From Octopus vulgaris (taxonomy: Eukaryota): a DNA stretch of 64,000 nt. The DNA lies in contig OX597814.1 of the NCBI GenBank assembly GCA_951406725.2, positions 1,984,001-2,048,000 on the forward strand, given 5' to 3'. The notes below the pieces were generated by a model. That model did not search any database. It saw only the letters and a program-made list of their open reading frames with translations, and was not told where the DNA came from. Within the stretch, counting starts at the first letter, position 1. Every line of letters starts with the position of its first letter. Positions 42,551-56,453 of this stretch are shown in pieces. The translations under genes and the position numbers were made by a program.

Positions 42551-43478
42551 TTAAATATAGAACTGTATCATCTGCCTTATGACGATCAGTTATAATACTT
42601 TCTGCAAAGATCGTTGTAGAATGACCTCTGTCTTTGTGAAGAAATATCTGGAAGCCTGTTTGTTCTTCATTCGAGATTACAATTCCTTAAAAGATATTTT
42701 ACCTTTCATCTTTTTAAATTCACATTTCTGTATTCGATGCTTAAAATATCCGTAATAGACTGGCAGAAAATGCATTGAATAATCAGAATTGAGGAACGTG
42801 GGGTGTAGCATGAAGATGTTAGTGTCCGTTATAGAAATATGGGGAAAGGATGGGAACTTTTAACATGGTCCGTTGAAAACGCTAGGAGGAATCCAGTCAC
42901 CAGGGGTTTAGTATTACCTTTAATGAGGATCTATAAAACTTTAAAGGCAGGTGAAAGTATTACAACATGTATAATGCGGTGGAATCCATGCTCAACTGTG
43001 ATTTCATTCTGGTGCTGTTGTCGCACAAATACAACAAATGGAGACATGATTCAGTCTTCCCACAATCTCACTGATCTGAACTAAAGTAATTCTCAAGACT
43101 CAGCATTGTTAAAATCTTTGGCGATGATAGAAATGTCGAAATCGGTCAAGAAATGGTCAACGGATCAACTTCTCACAAATTTACCATTTGAAATGGCAAA
43201 TATCTCCAAGATTATCAAGCAAACTGGGAAATAATCAATTTGAGTGTTCAATATACACAGAAAATGTAAGCAGTGGCTGTTTGTATTCTCATGTATACAA
43301 ATGGATCCCATTCTAATCAATAAAAGATGGTAAAATGATGCTAAAATCTGAGACTCGAATAATACGTTCCTTATCATCGTTTCTGACTCTAATTGCGACG
43401 GAGATTTCCAGGCTGAGTTTGAGAGTAAAGAAGAATTTAAGTGAAAATAGAATACGTTGTGATTGGAGGAAACTTACC

Positions 43479-43709
43479 GATTTCTTTACTACCCACAAGG
43501 AGTTAAACACAGAGAGGACAAACAAGGACAGACAAACGGATTAAGTCGATTACATCGACCCCAGTCCGTAACTGGTACTTAATTTCTCGACCCCGAAAGG
43601 ATGAAAGGCAAAGTGGACCTCAGCGGAATTTGAACTCAGAACGTAACGGCAGACGAAATACTGCTAATCATTTCGCCCGGCGTGCTAAAGTTTCTGCCAG
43701 CTCGCCGCC
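43479..43709 (-). mobile_element. Full-length SINE family B with imperfect ~18-bp TSD
   Basis: TGATTGGAGGAAACTTACC (43460-43478) versus TGATGGAGGAATCTTACC (43711-43728). Confidence 0.9.
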
Positions 43710-44040
43710 TTGATGGAGGAATCTTACCACTTATTGAAATATTACGCGGCTCCGGCAGGTGTGGTGGTGTGGTGGCGAACCCTGCTGTACTCTTTCACCA
43801 CAACTTTCTTTCACTAGTTGTTGCGAGAAATTAATGCAAGGTTGATGTCAAAAATCGCTTCGTAGCATTTCGGATTTTACATTCTCTAAAAATTACTAAT
43901 TCCGTTTAGCATAACATTATAAATGAATATGAAAGTGCAGCAGAGACAAATAGTTTGATGGTAGAAACAAAAGGCGTATCCTATGTAAGGGAGATAATTA
44001 AGAACAATGGAAAGAAATATATAAAGCTACACCTAAAATA

Positions 44041-44355
44041 GAGGAGGTATATGGCCTAGCGATTAGAGCCGCTAAATCGAGGCCGAGGGATCGCAGGTTC
44101 GAATCTCAGTCCGGGTGATGTGTGTATTTATGAGCGAAACACCTAAGCTGCACGTGGCTCCGGCAGAAGGTAATGGCGAACTTCTGCTGACTCTTTCGCT
44201 TCAACTCTCTCTCGCTCTTTTCTCTGGCATCTAGCAGCTCATCTGGAGCGGACCGACGTCTCATCCCGATGGGGAGCCTATATGCCAATGAAACTAGGAA
44301 ACCGACCCTTATGAGTCAGGCATAGCTCGAGAAGGACCAAACAACGACAACAACA
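44041..44355 (+). mobile_element. SINE family C, tail type 2
   Basis: GGTTCGAATCTC B box; homologous to 50713-51013; (ACA)n tail. Confidence 0.8.
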
Positions 44356-44387
44356 CCTAAAATAAGTAAACATATAAGCACTGATAC

Positions 44388-44650
44388 CGACACCCCGTCG
44401 GTTACGACGAGGAGCGTTCCAGTTGATCCGATCAACGGAACAGCCTGCTCGGGAAACTAAAGTACGCGTGGCTGAGTACTTCACTGACCCGCGATAGAGG
44501 ATGCGATAAGGCTGGCCCTTATGTATTACAGGTACAACTCATTTTTGCCAGGTGAATGGACTGGAGTAACGTTAAATAAAGTCCTTTTCTCAAGGACACA
44601 AGGCTCCCACCTGGAATCGAATTTACGACCTGACGATCTTGAGCCAATTC
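44388..44650 (-). mobile_element. Degenerate SINE: D-like CORE body with a type-1 tail
   Basis: Minus strand has TTGTGTCCTTGAGAAAAGGACTTTATTTAACGTTACTCCAGTCCA followed by the C1-type tail GGCTGTTCCGTTGATCGGATCAACTGGAAC. Confidence 0.65.
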
Positions 44651-45328
44651 GCGTCAGTGGTGGAGGTTGATGGGCGTCCTGCGCCCTCTTCGTGCATCAC
44701 GATTTTCCGGCCACCTCTAAACTTTTCGATCCACTCATACATATTTCTACGTAGTAGTTCACTGTGCCCGTATGGTGCTAGAAGCTTCCGATGAATATCA
44801 ACACCTGACACACCTTTCGATCGGAGAAATCAGATCAATGCTCTCTGTTCTTTGGTGCAGATTGCTTTTGGAGCGGCCATACTTACATTGCAAAGCCAGA
44901 AAGAAAAATGGTGCGAGTAGGCTCAAACTTCGATCACGTGACAATGGTACCAGAAGGCAGTGTGATCATAATAAAGATAGTACCACAGTGGGGCTAGAAG
45001 GCAGTGTGATAATAATAAAGATGGTACCACAATATTACCAGAGGGAAGTGTGATAATAATAAAGATAGTACCACAATGGTACCAGAGGGCGGTGTGATGA
45101 TAATAAAGATAGTACCACGATGGAACTAGAAGGCAGTATGATAATAATAAAGATGATACCACAATATTACCAGAAGGAAGTGTGATAATAATAAAGATAG
45201 TACCACAATGGTACCTGAAGGCAGTGTGATGATAATAATAAAGACAGTATCACCATAGTACCAGAAAGCAGTGTGATAATAATAACGATGTTATGGTGAA
45301 AGTGCGGCTAAGTTTTGACTTCCCCTCG
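44650..45328 (-). mobile_element. Mariner element 5' part (terminus plus N-terminal transposase) containing a minisatellite
   Basis: TA-CGAGGGGAAGTCAAAACTTAGCCGCAC terminus at 45328; TKEQRALI*FLRSKGVSGVDIHRKLLAPYG..RRNMYEWIEKFRGGR..GAGRPSTSTTD. Confidence 0.8.
44941..45290. repeat. 44-bp minisatellite, ~8 units, with 3-unit higher-order pattern
   Basis: Consensus ACAATGGTACCAGAAGGCAGTGTGATAATAATAAAGATAGTACC. Confidence 0.9.
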
Positions 45329-46898
45329 TATATATATATACTGAGCATGTTTACGTTTCACATATTATCTGTACACACACACGCACACACACAATACGCT
45401 CAGTATAGAAACCACTCATTAGTGCTAACGAAGCTGGACATCTAATTACCTCTACCATCTCGAGCAAAGGAACGAATCTCTGTGTTATTGCTCCGACATT
45501 CTAGAAATAGCAGTCAAATACTCTCGCATCACACCATGCTATCCTGAAATAAATCAATGAAATTACATAATGTTATTCTTGATTTATAAACAGCTATGCT
45601 CCCGCTGTCGATTATAAATCTGTGCAACCAAGACAGACGCGGGCTAAACAATGACAATAAATCTACCATTCTCTTCATAATATATTCGCCTGAGATTGTT
45701 TGATCTTCATTCATTTCTAATCCTCAATAATCTACAAATCTTCGATGTCCTAAATCCTATCATTCATTATACGCTGCTCTCTTGACCACCAGGCCACTTA
45801 CATAATCTTTTCATTGATATCAAGCAAAACTCAAAGGTGACCAGCTATCAAACTGGAAGTCTTAATCTCTATTAAGCTTTATTAATCTCAGCATTTCCTA
45901 AATGTTAACTTTATCAAGTTAATTAATCCTGATCCTGATACAACAGAAATATGATCGATATTGTTCCGATGCCAGACACCTAAGTCCTTGGAAAGATTGG
46001 CTTTGTATTGTGAAATAACTCCAGCGATCACACAGAGGATTCCTACTTCGTTTGTAGTTTTTGTTGTTGTTCTTTAACCCTGGGTCAGACCTGGTTAAGT
46101 AAATATATGATCAAAGACATTCGACTTGTGACCATCCTGTCATTTTCGTATGTACACAGAACGTAGGACCACGTTATCCGACGTCTTTCAGCTAAGAGAC
46201 TGGGATGTCATTTGAGGGAGATTTGGCTGTAATTTGTAGCAGGTCAAGAGAAAACTATAAACTCCTTATTCCGCTTGTACTTGCTTTTTGGTGGCAGTAG
46301 TGGCGCTAGTAGAGGTGGTGGCCGTCGTGTTTTTTCTAGTATAGTGATGCCGTGGGTGTGCTATTGTTCTTGGTGTAGTGGTGTTAATACACCACTGGTG
46401 ATGATTACATGGGTTTCCAACCATGACCATCATGTTTATACGTGTATCCTGTCCTTCATTTAAGCGCACCTATTTCTGGGTTTCCGTATACTAAATGTGT
46501 TCACGAATCAGCACATGGGGTGGGGAAGATTAATCCAGATCAGTGGTTAGAAGATGAGGTTGACTTGATGTATAAGCAGTTCCAGTTTTAAACCTAAGTC
46601 TACCTGAGAAATATCATGTAAAGGTAATTTGGTCGAAGAAATTAAATAGTTTCATTAATGAGCGTATGTATAGGAACATATGCGTGTATGAATTCATTTA
46701 CACACGTACGTACGTGTACATGTGTTTTGTGTACATATTTATAGAACAAGTGTGTGTATATTGTTTTAGGACCAGCTGCGTGATTAAGTGGTTGCGTTCG
46801 TGATTACGTCATCCCAGGTTCGAACTTAATGTGTGATGATGGTGAATGCTTATTGATATAGGTATGTATATGCATACATACACACGCATGTATATCGG

Positions 46899-46969
<71 letters not shown>

Positions 46970-47096
46970 ATATCTATCTATCTATATATCTATCTTCCGA
47001 TTGTTTGGAAGTACCGGATTCATGGATCTCTCCCTCTACCATTGGATGACGTCACTTTATTCATTCGGAGTACACCATTTCTGCACCTTTGTGAAT

Positions 47097-47139
<43 letters not shown>

Positions 47140-47228
47140 TATATGTATATATATAACATATATCTTTGTATGTATCTATATATTTACATGCTTATATACA
47201 TATGCATATGCATGCATATGTAAATGTA

Positions 47229-47282
<54 letters not shown>

Positions 47283-47474
47283 ATATATATATGCATGTAT
47301 ATATATGTGTGTGTATGTATATGTATGTATACACATGTACACATACATCCATTGTGTGAATGCATCTATATATATATGTATATGAAGGTGTGTATGTGCA
47401 CTTGTTAATATATTTGTGCGTATATCTGTGAGGAACTTATACATATATGTATATATAGTGAGAGAGAGAGAGAC

Positions 47475-47511
<37 letters not shown>

Positions 47512-47630
47512 GTATATATATAACGAATATATATATATATATATATGCACATATATATGTATGTGTGTATGTATATATTTATTCATGTATGTACATATAT
47601 GTATATACATAGATATATACATATATATAA

Positions 47631-47661
<31 letters not shown>

Positions 47662-47742
47662 CTTACACACACACACATGTATATATATGCCTATATATAT
47701 ATACATATATATATATGCTTATGTATATATGCATACATGCAC

Positions 47743-47779
<37 letters not shown>

Positions 47780-47884
47780 TAGATATACATACATACTTAT
47801 ATGTACATGTATATATACTTACATATATTTATATATGTATATGTGTATCTTTATACACACACACACACACACACACGCACACAC

Positions 47885-47932
<48 letters not shown>

Positions 47933-48072
47933 AATACACGCATGCATACATTATCATACATACATATATGTTGACAATGGAATACGGAGAAAAAGAGACA
48001 TCGGAATGTTGGGCAAAAAAAAAAGATAAAAATATAGTTTATCAATATTTCCGATCAGCGTTTGCCTGATAC

Positions 48073-48159
<87 letters not shown>

Positions 48160-48689
48160 ATAGAGGAAGAGAGATGAATGAAGCAAGGTGCAGAAAGAGA
48201 GGGTGGGAAAGAGAGGGTGGGAGAGCGAAGGCATATTTCATTGTTACTGTAAAATAATGGAAATCTTTTCGCCAAGTTCACCGCCGCCATCACATCTTCG
48301 TTCTCTTTCCTTCTCTTCCACATCAACACCAACATCAACATCACGGGAAAGAGTAGGATCATCAAGGACGACAATTAAGGCACCGCCGCCATTATTACTA
48401 CAACTCTCACCGCTGGTACTTCCACCACCACCACTACTAAATCTACCACCACTTCCATCAGCGCCACTACTACTTCTTCCGCTGCCGCAACTTCAACATA
48501 GCGTCTTTTCACATCAAAACTACCAATATATTCATCATCATCAGCATCATCATTATCCTCATGCATTATCATTGTCTTTGTCATCGTCGTCGTCATCATC
48601 ATCATCATCATCATCAATGTCGTAGATATCAATCAGTCACTGGGTCAACCATCTTGTCAGATTATGCTATCCGGATATATGACGCCCAG

Positions 48690-49038
<349 letters not shown>

Positions 49039-49039
<1 letters not shown>

Positions 49040-49636
49040 TCGCGTGACCGTCGTGCATTGTCTCGACCCTACCATCACCAAACTAGAACGCATTCTCTTC
49101 CGCTTCTTGTGGAAAGGATGCATCCCGATGGTCAGGCGATCCAGTTGCTGTCAACACCCGTTCAAAGGAGGGCTGGGCATGCCCTGATTGATGATGCGCA
49201 GACACGCGCTGAGACTGCGACATCTCCGGCTCTACGTAGACGACGGTGAACAGGTGTGGTCGCCGTTTGTGAGGCACACTTTCCCACAACTCGTCTCCAT
49301 GAACTGCAGTCGTGGATCAAAAAGAGGCCGAGGAAGCGCGAATGGCACCGCGAGTGTCGCGTAGATCTCAAGCAAATATGCCGTCACTGGTCGACCTTGA
49401 GCGACTTCAACACAACCGAAGCATTCTATAGGGGATTAGTGGAGGGAATGTACGATGACGATCTCGGGGCGAACCCGGGCGTCGATGAGAAATAGCTGAC
49501 CCGCCTGTTCAAGACGACTATCGGGCCGGGACCTATGGACAACTTCCAGAGAACCTTGGCCTGGCAGTGCTACCGAGGAGCGCTAACCGTTCGGGATAAG
49601 CTCTACATACACGGCTCGAGACACACGAGGCCCACT
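49039..49636 (+). mobile_element. Tx1-like LINE copy 3 (older; 5'- and 3'-truncated, with stops and a frameshift)
   Basis: [48 protein letters not shown]; aligns with 427-976 and extends ~50 bp further 5'. Confidence 0.9.
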
Positions 49637-49913
49637 TAAGTGTGCTCATGACTTAGTGTTTGCTTCTTCCATGGGCATAAGTAAGTATTTCATTTACTTC
49701 TTACCGTACTTTTATCGCTGACTAGGAGAAAATTCTTATGAATTAACTCTGAAATTGGGACCGAGGCGATAATAACGGAATTTTTTAGAAATTTCTGTCG
49801 GCTTACTTCGAGACGCGTGCTTCTAGTGATAAATTATATGGTTATTGAAGATTTGTCTATTTTCGGCATATTTGGCATTAGAATTCTTTCTTTTGCTCTT
49901 GTTTATAAATTGT

Positions 49914-49985
<72 letters not shown>

Positions 49986-50519
49986 ATATGTATATATATG
50001 TATATATGTATGTATGTTTATATCTATCTAGCTGTATATCAATGTATCTATACATACACACACACATATATGTCCATGCTTCCCTTCCCAAACCCTCACA
50101 AAAAGTATTAGACGCATATCCTCTGCTTAATACCACCTCATGAGTAACAAATATATTGGATAATACCGTTACGGTTTTTCCGGACCCTATGCCATGCCTT
50201 TCCTATCGTTATAAATGTCTGTCTTATTAGCATACATAAATATCTTCGGAACGTTTATAAATAAATATCATTTAACATAACAGCATTTGGTTTAATTTTC
50301 CCCGACATTCTGTCTTCCTATATGCATAAATTCCTAATGAAATCGCCTCGAGGTCTTAGCTTGCAACTAAAATTTTGAAAAAAAAACAAAAAAAAAAACA
50401 ATTCTATTTTCGTTCGGTCACAAGAAAGAATCCAGGAATATTTGGGACGGTGTGCGACCGCCGGTTCATAATCAGCACGTGACCTGGGCATTATTAACGA
50501 TGCATTTTTCATGTGACCA

Positions 50520-51320
50520 ATACAACTGATCAGCTACTAGGAAAGGTTGAACCTTTAAGACTCTACTCCCTAGAGTGGAACCAGGAAGGCTATGAAGTCA
50601 TACATGTCTGGAAATTCCCAGAAAGGACTAGCACCAAACTTTGGCGTTGAAAACTGAGCTAATCTTTGAGCAGACTGTTATTACATATTGCCAAAGATCC
50701 AGCACGTGCCATGTGGAGGCACATGGTCTAGTGGTTAGAGTAGCCGACTCGCGGTCGAGAGATCGCGGGTTCGAATCTCAGACCGGGCGATGTGTGTGTT
50801 TATGAGCGAAGCACCTAAGATCCACGCGGCTCCGGCAGAAGGTAATGGCGAACTTCTGCTGACTCTTTCGCCACAACTTTCTCTCACTCTTTCCTCCTGC
50901 ATCTTGCAGCTCACCTGCGACGGACCGGCGTCCCGTCCAGGTGGGGAAACTATACGCCAAGGAAACCGGGAAACCGGCTCTTATGAGCCAGACATGGCTC
51001 GAGAAGGAGAAGTACGTGCCATCAACATTTCAGAACAGATATCGCAATAACTTAGGATATAAAGGCCCATAGGTTTTCAATATCCTACCAAAAAACTTTG
51101 GAGGGGTACATGGTGTGGATGGAGATGTTTTCAAAGATGCAACTGGGAATTCTGATGCCTAGAATTCCAGATGAGTTTATATTGCGGCAAAATAATGATT
51201 GACGGGAGCAACTTCGATCTCCCTCATTCACTAAATACCAACTAAAGAAGAAAGCTCAGTAAAAGTGTAGCACCAACAATGAGGGTGCCCTAGCATGGCC
51301 ACAGCATACGAACTGAAATA
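50520..51320 (+). mobile_element. Old degenerate CR1-group LINE 3' part interrupted by a SINE
   Basis: ISY*ERL..RLYSLE..VWK..GLAPNFGVE / NNLGYKGP*VFNILPKN..VHGVDGDVFK..IPDE aligns with the ORF at 60215-60646. Tail GGTGCCCTAGCATGGCCACAGC followed by (AAT)n. Confidence 0.75.
50713..51013 (+). mobile_element. SINE family C, tail type 2, with 9-bp TSD
   Basis: A box TGGTCTAGTGG; B box GGTTCGAATCT; TSD ACGTGCCAT at 50704-50712 and 51014-51022. Confidence 0.9.
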
Positions 51321-51322
51321 AC

Positions 51323-51363
<41 letters not shown>

Positions 51364-51471
51364 GAAGAAGAAGAAGAAGAAGAACAAGAAAAAGAAGAAG
51401 AAGAAGAAGAAGAAGAAGAAGAAGAAGAAGAAGAAGAAGAAGAAGAAGAAGAAGAAGAAGAAGAAGAAAAA

Positions 51472-51645
51472 GGGATTAAGTTGATTATATCGACCCCAGT
51501 GCGTAGATGGTACTTATTTAATCGACCCCGAAAGGATGAAAGGCAAAGTCGACCTCGACGAAATTTGAATTCAGAACGTAGCGGCAGACGGAATACCGCT
51601 ACGCATTTCGCCCAGCGTGCTAAGGATTAAGCCAGCTCGCCGCCT
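51472..51645 (-). mobile_element. SINE family B (3' tail missing, abuts (GAA)n)
   Basis: Reverse complement of the family B head and body. Confidence 0.85.
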
Positions 51646-52012
51646 TAATTTCATGAAATATTAACATCTGGCTAACTACTCTCGCATCACATTAATAAGC
51701 GGATAAAACATAGAAGAAAGAATTATTGAAGAGCATGTTAGTTGTTAAGCACACGTGTTGATAAATTGTATTTAAATCCTAAAGAAAATTACTAAAGAAA
51801 AATTATAATTGAAGAAGTATAAAAATTGCAATTTATTTAAAAGAAAATGTACGATATTTGGTAAGGATTATTTCATGTAAATATAGTGGAATTTATGGAG
51901 ATAATAGGAATTATGTAGCGATTAGGAACTAATATCTTCCATTTCCTATAATGTAAATAAATATTTGATTGTTTCATAAGAATAAAGGACTGGTGGTAAA
52001 AATTCTAGATTC

Positions 52013-52069
<57 letters not shown>

Positions 52070-52076
52070 GGTATGT

Positions 52077-52132
<56 letters not shown>

Positions 52133-52643
52133 GTAGGTATGTATGTATGTATGTATAATTACATATATACATACACACACACATATATGAATTGTTGTGA
52201 ATACGAACAAGTGGAAGTAAGGAAGAGATGAACTTGAAATGGCACAGAGAATATATTAATAATAATTTGATTATATTTCAAAATATAGGAAGACACTTGA
52301 CCGGTTTCACATTAGATTTCAAACTTGTGTAATGTTTGGAGTTGTGTTGTGAATTATGTCTATTATTCTGGAGGTTGTTATAAAAATGTAGTTTGTTTTT
52401 AAAGTGGGAATGTGGCTCAGAACGCTATCTCTTAAAATCTGATTGGTCAATATACATGTATTAAACTCACGTGACAGGCGTGCGCGAAGATCAAATAAAA
52501 GCTTTTCTCCATTGAATATATCATACGATAAGTAGAAGAGAGAGATTTGAATAAATGACGTAATAATTGCTTGCATAAAATGTTATAGAGAATTATTGCT
52601 TATTATTCTGTCGAAGATAAATAATCTTATCAATGAGTGCCAG

Positions 52644-52674
<31 letters not shown>

Positions 52675-52906
52675 ATCCGTTATCGGACATTTCGATGACG
52701 GCGTAGCAAGAAGCTTCGAAGTCACTAACAGTATCAGTCTTGTTAAGGAATAATGAATATGTACGTTACACTGAATACTATATGATCGTTTAGTTTATCG
52801 TAAAATAGTTTTTATTATAATTTGGAATGAAAAGAAACCTCAATGTGTGTGTATATATATATATATAAATGTGTGTATATATCTGTGTGTGTATGTACAT
52901 ATATAA

Positions 52907-52957
<51 letters not shown>

Positions 52958-53641
52958 TGTATGTATGTGTGTATGTATATACGTGTAGGGAGGGATGAAG
53001 AGAGAGAAAGGGAGAGTGAAAGAAGTGAGAATAATTTAACTCTGGAATATCTCAACATGGAATTTTCTTTATCTTTCGAAAGATAATCTCACCGAGAATC
53101 TCTTTGTGATCCAGAAAATGTTGAAGAATTTGTAGAAAACAAGGCTTTGCAAAAAAACAGTAAAAATAAACTAGATTAGTATTTGACAAATTCTAAAAGT
53201 TTTTGTATTTTTTATAAAAAACTGAATGACATTTAATTCTAATCTGAAATATGATAAAAATGTGTAAAATTATACAAATTTATCAATAACGTAAACTGAA
53301 AAAGTATTTCCCGATATCTTCTTTCAAAAAATTGTTATATAAACGGAATGATGAAATTTTTCAGGTTAGTAAGTTTATAAAAAAATTGATGTAAGTTAAA
53401 CTGATTAAAGAAAGAAGTCAGTGTGTGAATTATTAATGTTTTGTGGAAAAGTACTAAAACGAAGCAGGTAAATATTTATTGAGGATGACATATTGAGATG
53501 GAAAAGATGTTTGGAGAAGGAGTAAATAAAGAACAAAGGAACACAGGGAATTAAGTAATGAATTCCATTAGCTTACAGTTGTTTCTGCTTTGTGATGCAA
53601 TGCGTGTATATTCCCCATGTATATATACATACGTGTGGAGG

Positions 53642-53872
53642 AGGCGGCGAGCTGGCAGAAACGTTAGCGCGCCGGGCGAAATGCTTAGCGTTATTTCGTC
53701 TGCCGCTACGTTCTGAGTTCAAATTCCGCCGAGGTCGACTTTGCCTTTCATCCTCTCGGGCTCGATTAAATAAGTACCAGTTACGCACTGGGTCGATGTA
53801 ATCGACTTAATCCATTTGTCTGTCCTTGTTTGTCCCCTCTATGTTTAGCCCCTTGTGGGTGATAAAGAAATA
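53642..53872 (+). mobile_element. Full-length SINE family B with ~20-bp TSD, inserted at the head of a family C SINE
   Basis: TATATACATAC(G/A)TGTGGAGG at 53622-53641 and 53873-53892. Confidence 0.9.
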
Positions 53873-53885
53873 TATATACATACAT

Positions 53886-54188
53886 GTGGAGGCGCATTGG
53901 CCCAGTGGATAGGGCAGCGGACTCGCGGTCGTAGGATCGTGGTTTCGATTCCCAGACCGGGCGTTGTGAGTGTTTATTGAGCGGAAACACCTAAAAGCCC
54001 CACGGGGCTCCGGCAGGGGGTGTTGGCGATCCCTGATGTACTCTTTCACCACTCTTTCGTTTGTTGGCCTGCTCGCTTAGCCAGCGGGGTGGCATCACTT
54101 GAAGGCTAAAACAATGCAAAAGCGCATTGTGACCAGCGATGTGTAGCAACATCTGATAGCCTGGTCGGTCACGGTGATCTCGGTGATA
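53886..54188 (+). mobile_element. SINE family C, tail type 3
   Basis: Family C head (TGGCCCAGTGG; GGTTTCGATTCCC) joined to a different tail, GCCTGCTCGCTTAGCCAGCGGGGTGGC...GGTCGGTCACGGTGAT. Confidence 0.85.
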
Positions 54189-54444
54189 TATACATACGTA
54201 CACACACACGCGCGCGCATATATATGTATAACGCAAGAACACCTTACAGCCTTTGGTATAAATCATTCTTCATGAAGTTAAACTGCATTTTACAGAATTA
54301 ATTAATAAATAACATTTATTAAATACATGCCATACGTATCGACTTTCTGCGACATGGTCAGGTGGTAGTCCAGCCAGCTTGTTCTTAAATCTCGCGTTAG
54401 GTATAAATGAGATTTTAGTTTTGAAGTCACTTAACTATATATGT

Positions 54445-54812
54445 CGTGGCACTCCGTCGGTTACGACGACGAGGGTTCCAGTTGATCCGATCAACGGAAC
54501 AGCCTGTTCGTGAAATTAACGTGCACTCCACAGACACGTGTACACTTAACGTGGTTCTCGGGGGAAGATTCTGCGTAATACAGAGTGTGACAAGGCTGGC
54601 CCTTTGAAATACAGGTACAAGAGAAACAGGAAAAAAAAATGAGAGAAAGTTGCGGTGAAAGAGTACAGCAGGGTTCGCCACCATCCCCTGCCGGAGCCTC
54701 ATGGAGCTTTCAGTGTTTTCGCTCAATAAACACTCATAACGCTCGGTCTGGGAATGGAAACCGTGATCCCACTGATGCGAGTCCGCTGCCCTAACCACTG
54801 GACCATTGCGCC
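54445..54812 (-). mobile_element. SINE family C, tail type 1
   Basis: Reverse complement of the 38978-39350 type. Confidence 0.88.
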
Positions 54813-54908
54813 TTCCTTTACATACATATACAGATATCTATATATATATATATACAAATATCTATATCAATATATGTATGTATGTATCTATCTATCTATA
54901 TGTGTGTG

Positions 54909-54942
<34 letters not shown>

Positions 54943-55008
54943 GATAGATAGATAAGATAGATAGATATATAGATATATGTATATATGTATATATATGTAT
55001 ATATATAT

Positions 55009-55056
<48 letters not shown>

Positions 55057-55928
55057 CTTCACATACAGTATACACCGATTATAGAGTGAGTTGACAATTA
55101 AGTAGGGGGAGACAATATATGCATACCCAACTCACCAGCAGATGGCACTAAAATATCTGCTGGAAGTCAACGTGTATCTAATCTAGACAATCTTAAACAA
55201 CAGATGTTCGTCGATGCGCTACACCACCACCGTCGCCATCAGCGCCGGCGACGACGCCGACGACGTCGACGGAAGGACTCCTCCATGCAACCTCCAAAGT
55301 TGTCATTTATATGTAAAGACTTAAGTCGGATTATCTCTCTCCGTCCCTATATTCGTCTTTCCCTTTTTAGTTTATATCTCACTCACTCAGTCTCTTGTCT
55401 TTCGCTATAATCTATCTCAAACCCATGTTTCTTTCAGCATCGTTTTATTCTGATCGAGCTTTGTTTAGTAAAACAGCCGATATCCATGTTAATGCGAGCC
55501 TCTAATCTGATCATCATTGATGACGATAACATCAACTCGAGAAAGTAAAGACCAAATAAAATAAACAATAATAAATACACTATAAAATATTCCTAAAAAT
55601 ATGTTTTGTAGTAAAAGAAGACAAGGTATTATTGTATATTGATAATAATATATACGGCGAAGAATTTCAAAATAAAAAGTTGGCTTTGTAGCAGCGGTTG
55701 AAAATGGCGGACGGTTGTGATGAAAGATTTTTATTTTGATGACATATATGGAAGAACAGAAAGATGATTCAGACATTGTTTAATCCTAGCCATCATTTTA
55801 TATCGTATTGGTCTGGGTTTCGGTTTTAGAGTCTCAGTGATCAGACTCAGATAAAACTTAATAGAGCTAATTTATCGGTGACACGCCAACCCATTCCTAC
55901 GAAGGAAAGTTTTCTTCCGTTTTCTCAG

Positions 55929-55930
<2 letters not shown>

Positions 55931-56003
<73 letters not shown>

Positions 56004-56157
56004 CATTGTGTACAGTGCTCAGGTGCACTACAACTCATCTAAAGTGTATGTATAATCAGGTGTAGTTTCGGCGGATTTCGGAAAGCATGAGGGCCTTAAA
56101 GGATGCAGTGTCATGGCAGTCAACAACTGACGCAGGCAGTTTGTTCCATGCTTCAAT
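55931..56157 (-). mobile_element. 3' end of a second CR1-like LINE with (TTA)n tail
   Basis: Minus strand reads IEAWNKLPASVVDCHDTASFKALMLSEIRRNYT* (WNxLP..SFK C-terminal motif), then a short UTR and (TTA)n. Confidence 0.75.
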
Positions 56158-56218
56158 ATCTTGTATGATTCTTGTATGACCACGGTCGAACAATGATGAT
56201 GATGATCATGATTCTTTT

Positions 56219-56453
56219 CGTGTGACAAGGCTGGCCCCTTTGAAATACAGGTACAACAGAAACAGGAAGAAAGAATGAGAGAAAGTTGCGGTGAAAGAGT
56301 ACAGCAGGGTTCGTCACCACCCGCTGCCGGAGCCTCGTGGAGCTTTCAGTGTTTTCGCTCAATAAACACTCACAACGCTCGGTATGGGAATCGAAACCGC
56401 GATCCCACGGATGCGAGTCCGCTGCCCTAACCACTAGACCATTGCGCCTCCAC
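56219..56453 (-). mobile_element. SINE family C (type 1, 3'-truncated)
   Basis: Matches 54584-54812. Confidence 0.85.

Noticed and set aside
42551-43460. Penelope GIY-YIG/RT ORF next to the hammerhead
   Set aside because: Manual translation of the frames I tried gave many stops and no convincing motif.
44941-45290. CRISPR-like array
   Set aside because: The units are contiguous tandem repeats with no unique spacers, there are no cas genes, and the context is eukaryotic.
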